Shown here: positions 13,992 to 24,506 of the stretch, piece by piece
How positions within the stretch are numbered: position 1 is the stretch's first letter
Layout: each line of letters starts with the position of its first letter
Assembly (NCBI GenBank): GCA_035193785.1
Contig: CP136572.1
Span: forward strand, 2,964,578-3,028,577
DNA: 64,000 nt
Reading direction: 5' to 3'
DNA from: Planktothrix sp. GU0601_MAG3
GTDB lineage: Bacteria > Cyanobacteriota > Cyanobacteriia > Cyanobacteriales > Microcoleaceae
Notes under the pieces: generated by a model
Seen by the model: only the letters and a program-made list of their open reading frames with translations
Databases searched by the model: none
What the model was told of the DNA's origin: nothing
Made by a program: the position numbers and the translations under genes

Positions 13992-14474
13992 CTCAAGTAA
14001 ATTATTCACCGCTTAACATTTTTTCGGGTGGGTGGCAATATGTCGCCTACCCCTAGGGTTAATATCTTTGATTGCCCAATTAGTATTAGTTTTTCTAATA
14101 TATCTAGGGGTATAATTTTATTATTTAAAAGATTGTCAAGAAATCCTGATATTTTATTGAAAATTACTCGCAAATAGTTGACGAAATCATGGGGGTTCTG
14201 GTACTATACAAAATATACCTGTCAAGGGCTTATTGTGTCTAAGAGCAAAAATAGCGTCTGAAACCCTGATTATTTCGTGAAATATCCGGGTTTTTTGACC
14301 AAATTGCCGATCTATCTTGCACCAATTTTCGGCAAAAAACCGGAGGCCCGAGAAGGGTATCTTGACAAATAGTACATTTTGTGCATTGAGTAGAAAAAGC
14401 GATCGCCATCTCCCAAAAAGCGGGTTTTTCCCCGTAGCAACGATACCTTGTCAACAATATAAAAAAATCGAACA

Positions 14475-14990
14475 ATGTTTAAGTTACCTGTAATGGGAAT
14501 AGTCTTATTATTGGGAGGGTGTACGTTTTTATCGAAAACTAACTTAATTTCCCCATCCTTACCGGAGGTACAACCCATTTTAGCTTCCACTCCTTCTAAT
14601 ATTGAACAATTGGAATTATCGGTTTATCAGCAAGTCAATGACTATCGCCAATCTAAGAATTTACCGCCGTTAAAACTTGACCCTAATATTAGTGAACAGT
14701 CCCGAATTCATAGCTATGCAATGGCTAATGGGAAGGTTGCTTTTGGTCATGGGGGTGCGGAAGCTCGGTTTCAAAACATTCGTCAGTTTGTTCCTTGGCG
14801 AGAAATTGCGGAAAATGTGGCTTTTAATTCTGGTTATGTTGACCCGGGAAAAGAAGCAGTTAAAGGATGGATAGAAAGTCCGGGTCATCAACGGAATATG
14901 GTGGGAAATTATGATTTAACGGGAGTAGGTATTGTTAAAAATGCCAAGGGAGAGTATTATTTTACTCAGATTTTCGTGAGAAAAAGATAG
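14475..14990 (+). CDS. CAP/SCP domain protein, probable lipoprotein
   Basis: LLLGGC lipobox-like; VNDYR, AENVA, WIESPGHQRNM, YFTQIF. Confidence 0.9.
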   Translation: MFKLPVMGIVLLLGGCTFLSKTNLISPSLPEVQPILASTPSNIEQLELSVYQQVNDYRQSKNLPPLKLDPNISEQSRIHSYAMANGKVAFGHGGAEARFQNIRQFVPWREIAENVAFNSGYVDPGKEAVKGWIESPGHQRNMVGNYDLTGVGIVKNAKGEYYFTQIFVRKR

Positions 14991-14995
14991 TTAGG

Positions 14996-15133
14996 AATGG
15001 GTAATGGGTAATGGGTAATGGGTAATGGGTAATGGGTAATGGGTAATGGGTAATGGGTAATGGGTAATGGGTAATGGGTAATGGGTAATGGGTAATTACG
15101 AATTACGAATTACGAATTACGAATGGGTAATGG
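14996..15133 (+). repeat. Heptamer tandem repeats (AATGGGT)x14 + (AATTACG)x4, STRR type
   Basis: Read directly from the sequence. Confidence 0.95.
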
Positions 15134-15208
15134 TCAGGAATTGAGTCATATTGCTGTATTATCACAAATAGGGTAAAATTGATCGAAACTATTTTTAAAT
15201 AAAATAAT

Positions 15209-15835
15209 ATGTCTAACTTTCAAGTTTGTGATGGGGATATTTCGGAAGCGTTATTATCTGAATATCTCACCGCAGAGGCTTTAGCTGTAGATACGGAAAC
15301 GATGGGGTTACTTCCTTGGCGCGATCGCCTTTGCTTAATTCAAATTTGTGATCCCAAGGGTCAAGTGACTGCGATTAGAATTGCCAAAGGTCAAAAAGAA
15401 GCTCCTAATTTAAAACAACTGTTTGAAGCTCCTAATATTCTGAAGGTATTCCATTTTGCTCGATTTGATATTGCTACAATTCGCTATCATTTAGGGATTG
15501 AAGTTAATCCGATTTTCTGTACTAAAATTGCCAGCAAGTTAGTCCGAACCTACACGGGGAAACACGGACTTAAAGAATTAGTTCAGGAATTAGAAAAAGT
15601 TGAACTGGATAAGACCTCCCAAAGTTCCGATTGGGGAAATGCAAGTAACTTATCGGACAATCAATTAAATTATGCCGCCAATGATGTTCGCTATTTACTG
15701 AATGTACAGAAAAAGCTGGTTTCTATGCTAGAGCGAGAAGACCGTTTAGAACTCGCACAACAATGTTTTTCCTGTTTACCTGTGCTTGTGACCTTGGATT
15801 TATCACAATTTAATGGTATTTTTGAACATCATTAA
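15209..15835 (+). CDS. rnd: Ribonuclease D-like 3'-5' exonuclease
   Basis: DEDDy motifs AVDTET, FHFARFD, YAANDV. Confidence 0.85.
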   Translation: MSNFQVCDGDISEALLSEYLTAEALAVDTETMGLLPWRDRLCLIQICDPKGQVTAIRIAKGQKEAPNLKQLFEAPNILKVFHFARFDIATIRYHLGIEVNPIFCTKIASKLVRTYTGKHGLKELVQELEKVELDKTSQSSDWGNASNLSDNQLNYAANDVRYLLNVQKKLVSMLEREDRLELAQQCFSCLPVLVTLDLSQFNGIFEHH

Positions 15836-15897
15836 ACTACCCATACTTCTGGTACGAGTTTGACAATGTTCGATCGGTCAACTTCTAACATCAAGCG

Positions 15898-15925
15898 GTA
15901 GGGGCGAATGGCCATTCGCCCCTAC
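15898..15925. repeat. REP palindrome GTAGGGGCGAATGGCCATTCGCCCCTAC (identical copy at 38269-38296)
   Basis: Perfect palindrome with GTAG end, seen twice. Confidence 0.9.
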
Positions 15926-15973
15926 TTGATTTAAACAAACTTCCAGAGTTAAATTTTAATAATAATTTTGGTT

Positions 15974-16322
15974 GGGATATGCTCAAAAAAAATTCCCCCA
16001 ACCAAAGTTGAAGGAAACCATCAGGGTGCATCTACTTTTGTTTATTCCTTGAGGATTATTGCTAATCGGGATATTCTCAAAAAAAAATTCCCCCAACCAA
16101 AGTTGAAGGAAAACCATCAGGGTGCATCTACTCTTACTTATTCCTTGAGGATTATTGCTAATCGGGATATTCTCAAAAAAAAATTCCCCCAACCAAAGTT
16201 GAAGGAAAACCATCAGGGTGCATCTACTCTTACTTATTCCTTGGGGATTATTTCTAATCAGGATATTCTCAAAAAAAATTCCCCCAACCAAAGTTAAGGG
16301 AAAATTATCAGGACACACCTAT
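15974..16322 (-). ncRNA. Tandem array of 3 intact + 1 degenerate 94-96-bp units, each a putative ~52-nt sRNA cassette (NsiR1-like)
   Basis: Units start at 15974, 16068, 16164, 16260. Minus strand of each: TCC(C/T)GA-N18-GAA, then AGTAGATGCACCCTGATGG, hairpin TTCCTTCAAC-TTTG-GTTGGGGGAA and a T8-9 tail. The repeat is certain; the sRNA call is inferred. Confidence 0.65.
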
Positions 16323-16389
16323 ACCAGAAGTAACTGAAACCCCCGGTATGATTTTGATCTAATCGTTACGGTTGCTATCTTTTTCAGAA

Positions 16390-16474
16390 CGGAGAAGGGG
16401 GGATTCGAACCCCCGGAACCTTGCGGCTCACCTGATTTCAAGTCAGGCGCATTCGACCACTCTGCCACCTCTCC
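16390..16474 (-). tRNA. trnS: tRNA-Ser(TGA)
   Basis: GGAGAGGTGGCAGAGTGG...CCTGA-CTTGAAA-TCAGG, long variable arm, GGTTCGAATCC. Confidence 0.96.
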
Positions 16475-16502
16475 AACTGCCTATCTATTAGCTAGAAAAG
16501 CA

Positions 16503-17426
16503 TTATACCACGATTGAAGATTCTGCCAAGCGCCCGGGGGAACTATATAACAATTCCGCCTCAACCCCGGGAAAATCCTGACTGACCCAGACTAGGGACA
16601 CTTCCGAGACTTGGTTTTGTTCTAAACTCACGATTGAAAAATTCCGTTGCTGACCTCTGCGGGTTGTTCTGATACGACCAACACAGGCTGCATTTAGATA
16701 TACCGTCCCTTCTGGACTGGTTACTAACCGTTGACGCTGACGGCTTTTAGTATGGCGCAGGTGATGGTGCATATGACCAAAAGCGACTAAGGGAATGGTT
16801 TTACCCCGGGTGCGAGCATGGGCGATGGCTTCGGCCAAATCGGGATCACCATAATCTCCCCCAATCGGGTTCCAATCCTTCCCGCAGGGGGCCTCTGCTG
16901 CCTCTCCTAACCCCGTGGGGCCGTTGTGACTTAAAAACAGAATCCGGTCGTAGGTCGCCGTTTCCACCGCCTGAATCATGCGTTGGGCGGAGGCGGCCAA
17001 ACCATCGACACCAAATCGCTCCTTGTAGAAATCGTGATATTTCCATTCTGGCCCCCCCCAACTGAAGGGACGGCCTCCGACTACGGTTAATTGCAAATCG
17101 GGAAAGTCCCGTTTTCCGTAGCCAACGTGATCTTCCCCAATCAAATCCAGTTGTTCTTGGACACGATCTTCTATTGTCCGATTATAGGGACATTTTTGGC
17201 GTCCCCAGTCGGTGGCGGTGTACCAGGCGTCATGGTTGCCGAAAACGACGGCTTTGGGGGTATCGACGGCGGCGATGGTTTTGACGACATCCACCGCCTC
17301 ATTGCCAAAATCTCCCACAAATAGGACTAAATCAACCTCTAAAGACTTCAATGCTAGGGCGTCCGCCTGTTCCCATTGATCATGAACGTCTCCAACAACG
17401 GCAATTTTCAGGGGTTTGATATTCAC
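16503..17426 (-). CDS. Metallophosphoesterase of the TIGR04168/DevT-like family
   Basis: GDVH, GDFG, GNHD, SHNGP, GHMH motifs; divergent from nadA; GTG start at 17426 preferred. Confidence 0.8.
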   Translation of the reverse strand: MNIKPLKIAVVGDVHDQWEQADALALKSLEVDLVLFVGDFGNEAVDVVKTIAAVDTPKAVVFGNHDAWYTATDWGRQKCPYNRTIEDRVQEQLDLIGEDHVGYGKRDFPDLQLTVVGGRPFSWGGPEWKYHDFYKERFGVDGLAASAQRMIQAVETATYDRILFLSHNGPTGLGEAAEAPCGKDWNPIGGDYGDPDLAEAIAHARTRGKTIPLVAFGHMHHHLRHTKSRQRQRLVTSPEGTVYLNAACVGRIRTTRRGQQRNFSIVSLEQNQVSEVSLVWVSQDFPGVEAELLYSSPGRLAESSIVV

Positions 17427-17556
17427 AGGGATGATAGTTTCAAAGATTCCTAACCTAAGAATAAGCAATTTTGGGGCAACGGTGAATCCCCTTTTTTGGT
17501 GAATTCAACTATAATTAAACTACCCTGAACAATATTGAGAGTTCCGATAAGGTTCT

Positions 17557-18552
17557 ATGTTTACATCCACCTTTCCCGCGACCAACCGTTCGACTGTTGC
17601 CGATTTACCCCAGGATTTATTTGCAGCGATTCAAGAGCTTAAGCAAAAATTAAATGCGGTTATTTTGGCGCATTACTATCAAGATCCCGATATTCAAGAT
17701 ATTGCTGATTATATTGGAGATTCCCTGGGACTGGCGCGACAGGCGGCGCAGACCGATGCCGATGTGATTGTTTTTGCTGGGGTTCACTTTATGGCGGAAA
17801 CCGCTAAAATTTTGAATCCTGATAAGTTGGTATTGTTGCCTGACTTGGATGCGGGGTGTTCTTTGGCCGAAAGTTGTCCCCCCGATGCTTTTGCTCAATT
17901 CAAAGCTGAACATCCCGGTCATATTGTGGTGTCTTATATTAATTGTACCGCCGAAATTAAGGCGATGAGTGATATTATCTGCACCAGTTCTAATGCGGTG
18001 GAGCTTGTCCGACAAATTCCAGAAAATCAGCCGATTATTTTTGCACCCGATCGGAATTTAGGGCGATATGTGATGGCGGAAACCGGACGAGAAATGGTAT
18101 TATGGGAGGGGGCCTGTATGGTGCATGAAAATTTCTCCCAGAAGAAGTTAGTGCAGCTAAAAATTGAACATCCCCAAGCGGAAATTATTGCCCATCCTGA
18201 ATGTGAACTTCCGGTTTTAGACCAGGCGGATTATATTGGTTCCACCACGGCATTATTAAATTATGTCAAAAATAGTCCTAAGTTAAGTTTTATTGTGGCA
18301 ACTGAACCCGGAATTATTCATCAAATGGAGAAGGAAACCCAGGGGAAATCATTTATTCCCGCCCCCCCCATAAGTAGTTGCGCCTGTAATGAATGCCCGC
18401 ACATGAGGTTAAATACCTTAGAAAAACTATATTTAGCGATGAAAAATTGTTCTCCCGAAATTACCCTTTCTGAAGAAATCCGAATCGCCGCTTTACGTCC
18501 GATTCAACGAATGTTAGAAATGAGTCAAAATATTCATGTTTCTAAGGGATAG
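17557..18552 (+). CDS. nadA: Quinolinate synthase A
   Basis: [33 protein letters not shown]. Confidence 0.97.
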   Translation: MFTSTFPATNRSTVADLPQDLFAAIQELKQKLNAVILAHYYQDPDIQDIADYIGDSLGLARQAAQTDADVIVFAGVHFMAETAKILNPDKLVLLPDLDAGCSLAESCPPDAFAQFKAEHPGHIVVSYINCTAEIKAMSDIICTSSNAVELVRQIPENQPIIFAPDRNLGRYVMAETGREMVLWEGACMVHENFSQKKLVQLKIEHPQAEIIAHPECELPVLDQADYIGSTTALLNYVKNSPKLSFIVATEPGIIHQMEKETQGKSFIPAPPISSCACNECPHMRLNTLEKLYLAMKNCSPEITLSEEIRIAALRPIQRMLEMSQNIHVSKG

Positions 18553-18601
18553 GAAGGAGTTAGGAAAATCACAATTTTTGTCAAAATTGTAATATTCTAT
18601 G

Positions 18602-18658
18602 GTAGGAGTTTGTTCTCTAAACCTGATTCGAGGTCTAGTTGAGAGAACAAGCTCCTAC
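18602..18658. repeat. GTAG-ended long hairpin (REP-like or terminator) after nadA
   Basis: GTAGGAGTTTGTTCTCT...AGAGAACAAGCTCCTAC followed by a T-run. Confidence 0.65.
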
Positions 18659-18742
18659 ATTTTTTTTCAGGAATCACTTATGATTGCATTATAAAACCCA
18701 GATCAAAAATCTCTTTATCAAGATTAAACGGATAAATTTATC

Positions 18743-19375
18743 ATGAGTAAACATTTAATTATTTTCACCCGTTATCCCGAACCCGGAAAAACAAAAACCC
18801 GTTTAATTCCGGTTGTGGGAGAAATTGGAGCGGCAAATTTGCATCGTCAAATGACGGAAAAAACCCTGAATATAGCCCGACAATTACAACAAATAGAGCC
18901 TTTATCTATTGAGGTTAGATTTACTGGAGGTAATTTAGACGTGATGCAAAATTGGTTAGGAGCAGATTTAATTTATGATGCTCAAAGTTTTGGGGATTTG
19001 GGAAATCGGATGTCAAAAGCCTTTCAAATGGCATTTTATGAGGAAAAAAACCAGATTCTAATGGTGGGAACCGATTGCCCAGAACTAACCGTTGATATTT
19101 TATCTCAAGGATTTAAACTATTGCAAAGTAATGATATTGTGATCGGCCCGGCTAAGGATGGAGGATATTATTTAATTGGTTTAAAGAATTATATTCCTGA
19201 ATTATTTCAAGATATTCCTTGGGGAACTTCAATGGTTTGTGAGATGACCCTCAAAATTTGTGAAACTTTGAATTTGTCCGTCGGTAAATTACCTGTATTA
19301 TTAGATATTGATCGTCCTGAAGATTTGGTTTTTACTGAATTTAGCAATGAACAATTAGGGTATTATGGCCTGTAA
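18743..19375 (+). CDS. DUF2064/TIGR04282 nucleotidyltransferase/glycosyltransferase-like protein
   Basis: IIFTRYPEPGKTKTRL, GTDCP, GPAKDGGYYLIG, DIDRPEDL. Confidence 0.85.
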   Translation: MSKHLIIFTRYPEPGKTKTRLIPVVGEIGAANLHRQMTEKTLNIARQLQQIEPLSIEVRFTGGNLDVMQNWLGADLIYDAQSFGDLGNRMSKAFQMAFYEEKNQILMVGTDCPELTVDILSQGFKLLQSNDIVIGPAKDGGYYLIGLKNYIPELFQDIPWGTSMVCEMTLKICETLNLSVGKLPVLLDIDRPEDLVFTEFSNEQLGYYGL

Positions 19376-19504
19376 TGGCTATTTCCTAGAGGTTGAGATT
19401 TAAGACTGACTCCCCAAAACCTAAGTAATCTGGGATGATGGAGAGAGTATTCCGTGGCTGTGTGATTCTAAATCAATACTGGGACTATTCGTGAGGCTAA
19501 TGAT

Positions 19505-20332
19505 ATGGAGGTTGATGAATTATTAAAACGCTATGCAGAAGGAGAACGCCTGTTTCGAGCCGTTAGCCTCGTGGGGGTGGATTTAAGTGGTGTTGACCTC
19601 CGGGAAGCCACAATTGCCCGAGCTAACTTGGAAAATACCACCTTCGTAGGGGCTAACTTAATCGGGGCGAATTTTCGAGAAACCAAGTTTGCGGGTGTTG
19701 ACTTCACCGATGCGGATTTAAGCGATGTTAACTTAATTGGGAGCTATTTAGGCGATACCAAGTTTAACCGAGCCAATTTAAGCGGGTCGAGTTTGCGCGG
19801 GTCTTCTGCCAAAAATGTTAGCTTTACTCAAGCTAATCTCACCGAAGCTAACCTGACGGAATCGAATTTTTCAGGGGCGAATTTTGCGGGGGCGAATTTA
19901 ACCCATGCTACCTTAGTCCGAACTAATTTGATGAAAGCTAATCTCACTGGGGCGATTTTAGAAAGCGCGAACCTAACCAATGTGATTATGCGAGAAACTA
20001 TCCTAGAAGGGGCAAACTTAACGAATGCGACCCTGAGTGGAGGAATGATGATTGGGGCTAATTTCCATGAAGCAGATTTAACCCGTGTCACCATGATTGG
20101 GGCTGATTTAAGTGAAGCTAACCTGAGTGAAGCTAACCTCCGAGGGGCTAATGTGACTTGGACGACTTTACGCGGGGCGAATATGAGCCGAGCTAGACTC
20201 TACCGCACTAAATTATCCTGGTCAAATTTAAGTGGTGTTAATCTGATTGAAGCCATTATGATTGATACCAAATTAGACCAAGCCAATTTGAGAGATGCGG
20301 ATACCCGAGGTGCAATTTTACCGAATAAATAA
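19505..20332 (+). CDS. Pentapeptide repeat protein
   Basis: ELLKRYAEGERLF N-terminus plus A(N/D)LXX repeats. Confidence 0.95.
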   Translation: MEVDELLKRYAEGERLFRAVSLVGVDLSGVDLREATIARANLENTTFVGANLIGANFRETKFAGVDFTDADLSDVNLIGSYLGDTKFNRANLSGSSLRGSSAKNVSFTQANLTEANLTESNFSGANFAGANLTHATLVRTNLMKANLTGAILESANLTNVIMRETILEGANLTNATLSGGMMIGANFHEADLTRVTMIGADLSEANLSEANLRGANVTWTTLRGANMSRARLYRTKLSWSNLSGVNLIEAIMIDTKLDQANLRDADTRGAILPNK

Positions 20333-20345
20333 TGGATAGGTTTCT

Positions 20346-21356
20346 GTGGAAATACAATCGACCATTGATTCTCAAGAACTGTTGCTGCGTTATTTGGCTG
20401 GAGAACGGGATTTTAGCCATGTTAACTTGATTGGAGCCCATCTATGTCAAGTCAATTTGGTTGGGGCTAATTTAACCGGAGCATCTTTAGCTCGGGCGGA
20501 TTTAACCAGGGCGATACTCCATGAAGTTAACTTGACCAATGCCTTTTTGTACGGGAGTAATTTAAGTTTTGTCAAGTTGGGTCGAGGACAATTAAAAAAT
20601 GCCGATTTGACCAAAGCTAACCTAGAAGGAGCATTTTTGGTCAAGTCCGAAATGAGCGGCGTTAAACTTAGTGGCGCTATTTTACGCGGGGTTAACCTAC
20701 GAGCGGCTAATTTATCCGGGGTGAATTTATGTGGGGCAAATTTGGTGGATGTAAATTTACGCGGGGCTAATTTAAGTCAAGCTAATTTAAGCTGGGCAAA
20801 TTTGACTCACGCTAGACTCACAGGGGCAATTTTTAAAGATACCCAAATGACCGGAATTAATCTGAGTTATTCCCATTTATTAGAACTGAATCTGCAAGGA
20901 TTGGATTTAAGTGGAGTCAATTTTACCCAAGCTATGATGACCCGAATTAATTTACAAGATTGTGATTTAACGGCGGGAAATTTAGGCCAGACTCATTTAA
21001 AACAAGCGAATTTAAGCCGGGCTAAATTACAAGATGCTAATTTAGTTGAAGCTAATCTAATCAGTAGTAATTTAACCGATGCGGTGTTAATCCGGGCGGA
21101 TTTATCCGGGGCTATTCTAACCCATGCGGCCCTGATGGGAGCAAATTTGAATTTAGCTATCTTGAAAAAAGCGGATTTGCGCGGTGCTAATCTGCGAAAT
21201 GCCTATCTCTGGAAAGCGGATTTATCCGGGGCCAATTTAGCGGGAGCCAATCTCTATGGAGCCAGTTTACGCGGTGCTAACTTAGAAGGAGTTGATTTAA
21301 CAAATGTTAATTTAACCGGGGCTACCCTTTCGGATGGGACAGTTAATCCAGGTTAA
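20346..21356 (+). CDS. Pentapeptide repeat protein
   Basis: ELLLRYLAGERDF N-terminus plus A(N/D)LXX repeats. Confidence 0.95.
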   Translation: MEIQSTIDSQELLLRYLAGERDFSHVNLIGAHLCQVNLVGANLTGASLARADLTRAILHEVNLTNAFLYGSNLSFVKLGRGQLKNADLTKANLEGAFLVKSEMSGVKLSGAILRGVNLRAANLSGVNLCGANLVDVNLRGANLSQANLSWANLTHARLTGAIFKDTQMTGINLSYSHLLELNLQGLDLSGVNFTQAMMTRINLQDCDLTAGNLGQTHLKQANLSRAKLQDANLVEANLISSNLTDAVLIRADLSGAILTHAALMGANLNLAILKKADLRGANLRNAYLWKADLSGANLAGANLYGASLRGANLEGVDLTNVNLTGATLSDGTVNPG

Positions 21357-21517
21357 GCTGACTGTTCCCAGTCCGAGGTTCTGAACGCTATTAAATCCTG
21401 GTTTGTGAAGGTTTAAAATTGCCATATTCTAACATTTTAAAGTAAATAAAACAACCCTTTTTTTTATTGCCAATTCAAGGCAAAATAGAAGTATAGAGTT
21501 TTTGTGAATTAGCCACT

Positions 21518-22136
21518 ATGATGCTTACAGCTAGAGATATTATGACTGCTGAGGTGGTCACCATCAAGGGTTTCCGCCACCGTTGCCGATGCCGTGGAAC
21601 AAATGAATGATCTTTGTTTACGCGCCTTGATTGTTGAACGGCGTCATCCACAGGATGCCTATGGGATTGTGACTGAAACCGATATTGTCTACAAAGTCAC
21701 CGCCTACGGGAAAGATCCTAAAAAAATCCGGGTTTATGAAATTATGACTAAACCTTGTATTTCTGTGAATCCTGACCTGGGTGTGGAATATGTGGCGCGG
21801 CTTTTTGCCCAAACCGGAATTCGTCGCGCTCCCGTAATTCAGGATGGACTCCTGGGAGTTGTTTCGGTTACGGATATTCTGAGTAAGGGAGACTTTGTAG
21901 AAAATCCTAAAAGCATTTTATTAGAAGAACGGATTCAAGAGTCCATTGATGAAGCTCGGGCGATTTGTGCAGAAAAAGGAGCCACTTCTAAAGAATGTGC
22001 CTCGGCTTGGGATATTGTAGAGGAATTACAAGCAGAAGCAGCCCACCAAAAAGCCGAACGTTTAGATAAAACCGCCTTTGATTTGTACTGTGAAGAAAAT
22101 CCCGGCGCGGCAGAAGCTCGGTTGTATGACACTTAA
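21518..22136 (+). CDS. CBS-CP12 fusion protein (apparent frameshift at 21570-21574)
   Basis: MMLTARDIMT start restored by removing one T; CBS pair; CP12 core CASAWDIVEELQA and C-terminal YCEENPGAAEARLYD. Confidence 0.9.
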
Positions 22137-22293
22137 TCATTGATAATAGTGCTTTAGGTGAACAAACTTCCTATCAATAGTTACATTTTCCCCCTCTGAC
22201 ATAGTAGTACTGAGGGGGTGTGTCTTTGTATAACCAGAGGAAATAAGCAACAGTAACAAGGGAAAAAAGATGCCAGATTACTTCTTAAATTAA

Positions 22294-24506
22294 ATGTTAA
22301 CCAAACTCCCCTTAAGGATTATTTTTATTATTCCCTTTATCTTACAAGTTTCTGGTATTGTGGGATTAGTAGGATATTTGTCCTATAAAACTGGACAAAA
22401 AACCGTAGAAGATTTAGCCACCCAGTTAATGAATGAGGTGGGCGATCACATTGAGCACAATTTACAACTCCATTTACAAAATTCCCATGAAATTAATCAA
22501 GTTAACTTAATCCAAATTGAACTAAATTTATTAAATTTACGAAATTTATATCCCTGGGAAAAATATCTGTTGCGACAAATTCAACTCCACCCCGATATGG
22601 CTTATATTGCTGTCACAACCGATAAAAATCAACAACGGAGCGCAGAGAAATTATTAGATGGCAGTCTTTATATTAACCTGGTGGGGGATGATGTGGGGAT
22701 GAATTTTTATGGTATTAAAGTGAATAAAAATGGCGATCGCATCACGGGAAATTTGATGATCAAAAATTATGATCTGCGCCAAAATCCCAGTTATCAAAAA
22801 GCAGTCCAAGCTGGAAAATCATCTTGGAGTGATGTGTTTGTTTCTTTCCGAGAACCGACCTTATTAATTAGTGCTTTAGAACCTATTTATAATCCCAATA
22901 AACAGATAGTTGGGGTGTTACTCTCTACTTTACGCCTCGATCAGATTGGTCACTTTTTAAATAGCTTGAAAATCGGTAAATCAGGACAAACTTTTATTAT
23001 TGAAAAAACTGGTAAATTGTTAGCTACTTCCACGGGAGAAATTCCCTTTCGCTCGGTCAAGGGTGAAAAAAAATTGTTTCTAGCCTCCGAAAGTACAAAT
23101 CCTGTCACCCGAGCTACGGCGGAATATTTAAAAACTCAATTTTCTCAATTAAAATCACTTCCTAAAAACTCCAAAATCAACTTAAAAATCCAGCAGGAAA
23201 ACTATTTTTTAAATTTGGTTTCCCTTTCAAGATTCTCGGGGGTTGGAATGGCTGATTGTCATTGTGGTTCCCGAAAATGATTTTTTAGGACAAATTAATG
23301 CCAATAATCAAACCACTCTTTTGCTGGGTGTGGGTGCATTTTTTGTCGCTTTATTGATGGGTTTATTAATGACTCAATGGGTGATTAAACCGATTATTAA
23401 ACTCAATCAAGCCTCGAAAAATCTTGCTCAAGGAGAATGGAATCAAACAACGGAAGTCAACCGTTATGATGAACTGGGAGAATTAGAAGCATCTTTTAAT
23501 TTTATGGCAAATAAGTTAAAAGAATCCTTTTCTATTCTCCAAGATAATGAACATCGTTTAAACCAATTTTTAGATGCTGTTCCCATTGGAATTACGGTGC
23601 ATGAACCCACGGGAAAAATTTATTATGTCAACCAAAAAGGTTTAGAAATATTGGAAATAAAAGCTATTTTAGATTCAGAAAAACAGGATTTGAGTCAGAC
23701 TTACAGAATTTACAAACTAGGAACAAATCAATTTTACCCAACCGAGGAGTTACCTATTATTAGAGCCTTAGACGGAGAAACTATTTATTTAGATGATTTG
23801 CAAATTTTTCAATCAGAAAAAATGATTCCGGTGGAAATTTGGGCTACTCCGATTTATAATCATCAAGGTGAAATTATTTATGCGATCGCCGCCTTTCAAG
23901 ATATTAGTCAACGCAAACAAACCGAACAAATTTTAGCAGACTATAATCGTGTCCTAGAAACCGAGGTTAAACAACGCACCACCGAACTCGCAGAAGCCAA
24001 AGATAAAGCCGAAGTCGCCAACCGTGCTAAAGGTATTTTTCTGGCGAATATGAGCCATGAAACTGCGAACGCCCTTGAATATAATTTTGGGTTTTACCCA
24101 AATTATGAAGAGTTCTCAGACCCTATCTCCTAAGGATCGAGAAGATATTAAAAGTATTAATAATAGTGGGGAAGATTTATTGAAATTAATTAATAATATT
24201 TTATCTTTTACAAAAACCGAAGTAGAAACCATAAACCCTAATTTTGATCAGGAAATTTATGTAGATACTCAAACAAACCTAAAAACTTTTAACCTAACGG
24301 CGGAAACTTTTTCGGGAATGTCCTTAGAATGGATAGAACAATTATATCAAGCTATTTCTTCCTTAGACGAACCTTTGATTTTTAGTTTAATTGAGAAAAT
24401 TCCACCAGAAAAACAGGAGTTATCGGAAGAATTAAAATATTGGGTGAATCATTTTAGGTTTGATTTAATTTTTAATATCCTGGAAAATATGATCCAAAAA
24501 TCTTAG
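22294..24506 (+). CDS. Cache-HAMP-PAS-HisKA sensor lacking the HATPase domain (apparent frameshifts at 23218-23222 and 24059-24063)
   Basis: TM-Cache-TM, HAMP (RYDELGEL..SFNFMA), PAS, ANMSHELRTPL after correction; no N/G1/G2 boxes. Confidence 0.8.

Noticed and set aside
14239..14590. Minus-strand ORFs upstream of the CAP gene
   Set aside because: No recognisable motifs; they overlap an intergenic/promoter region and a real gene.
15974..16322. CRISPR array, or repeat-protein ORFs 15968..16297 / 15983..16318
   Set aside because: Whole units are near-identical with no unique spacers and no cas genes are present. The ORFs arise from the 96-bp period and change frame between units.
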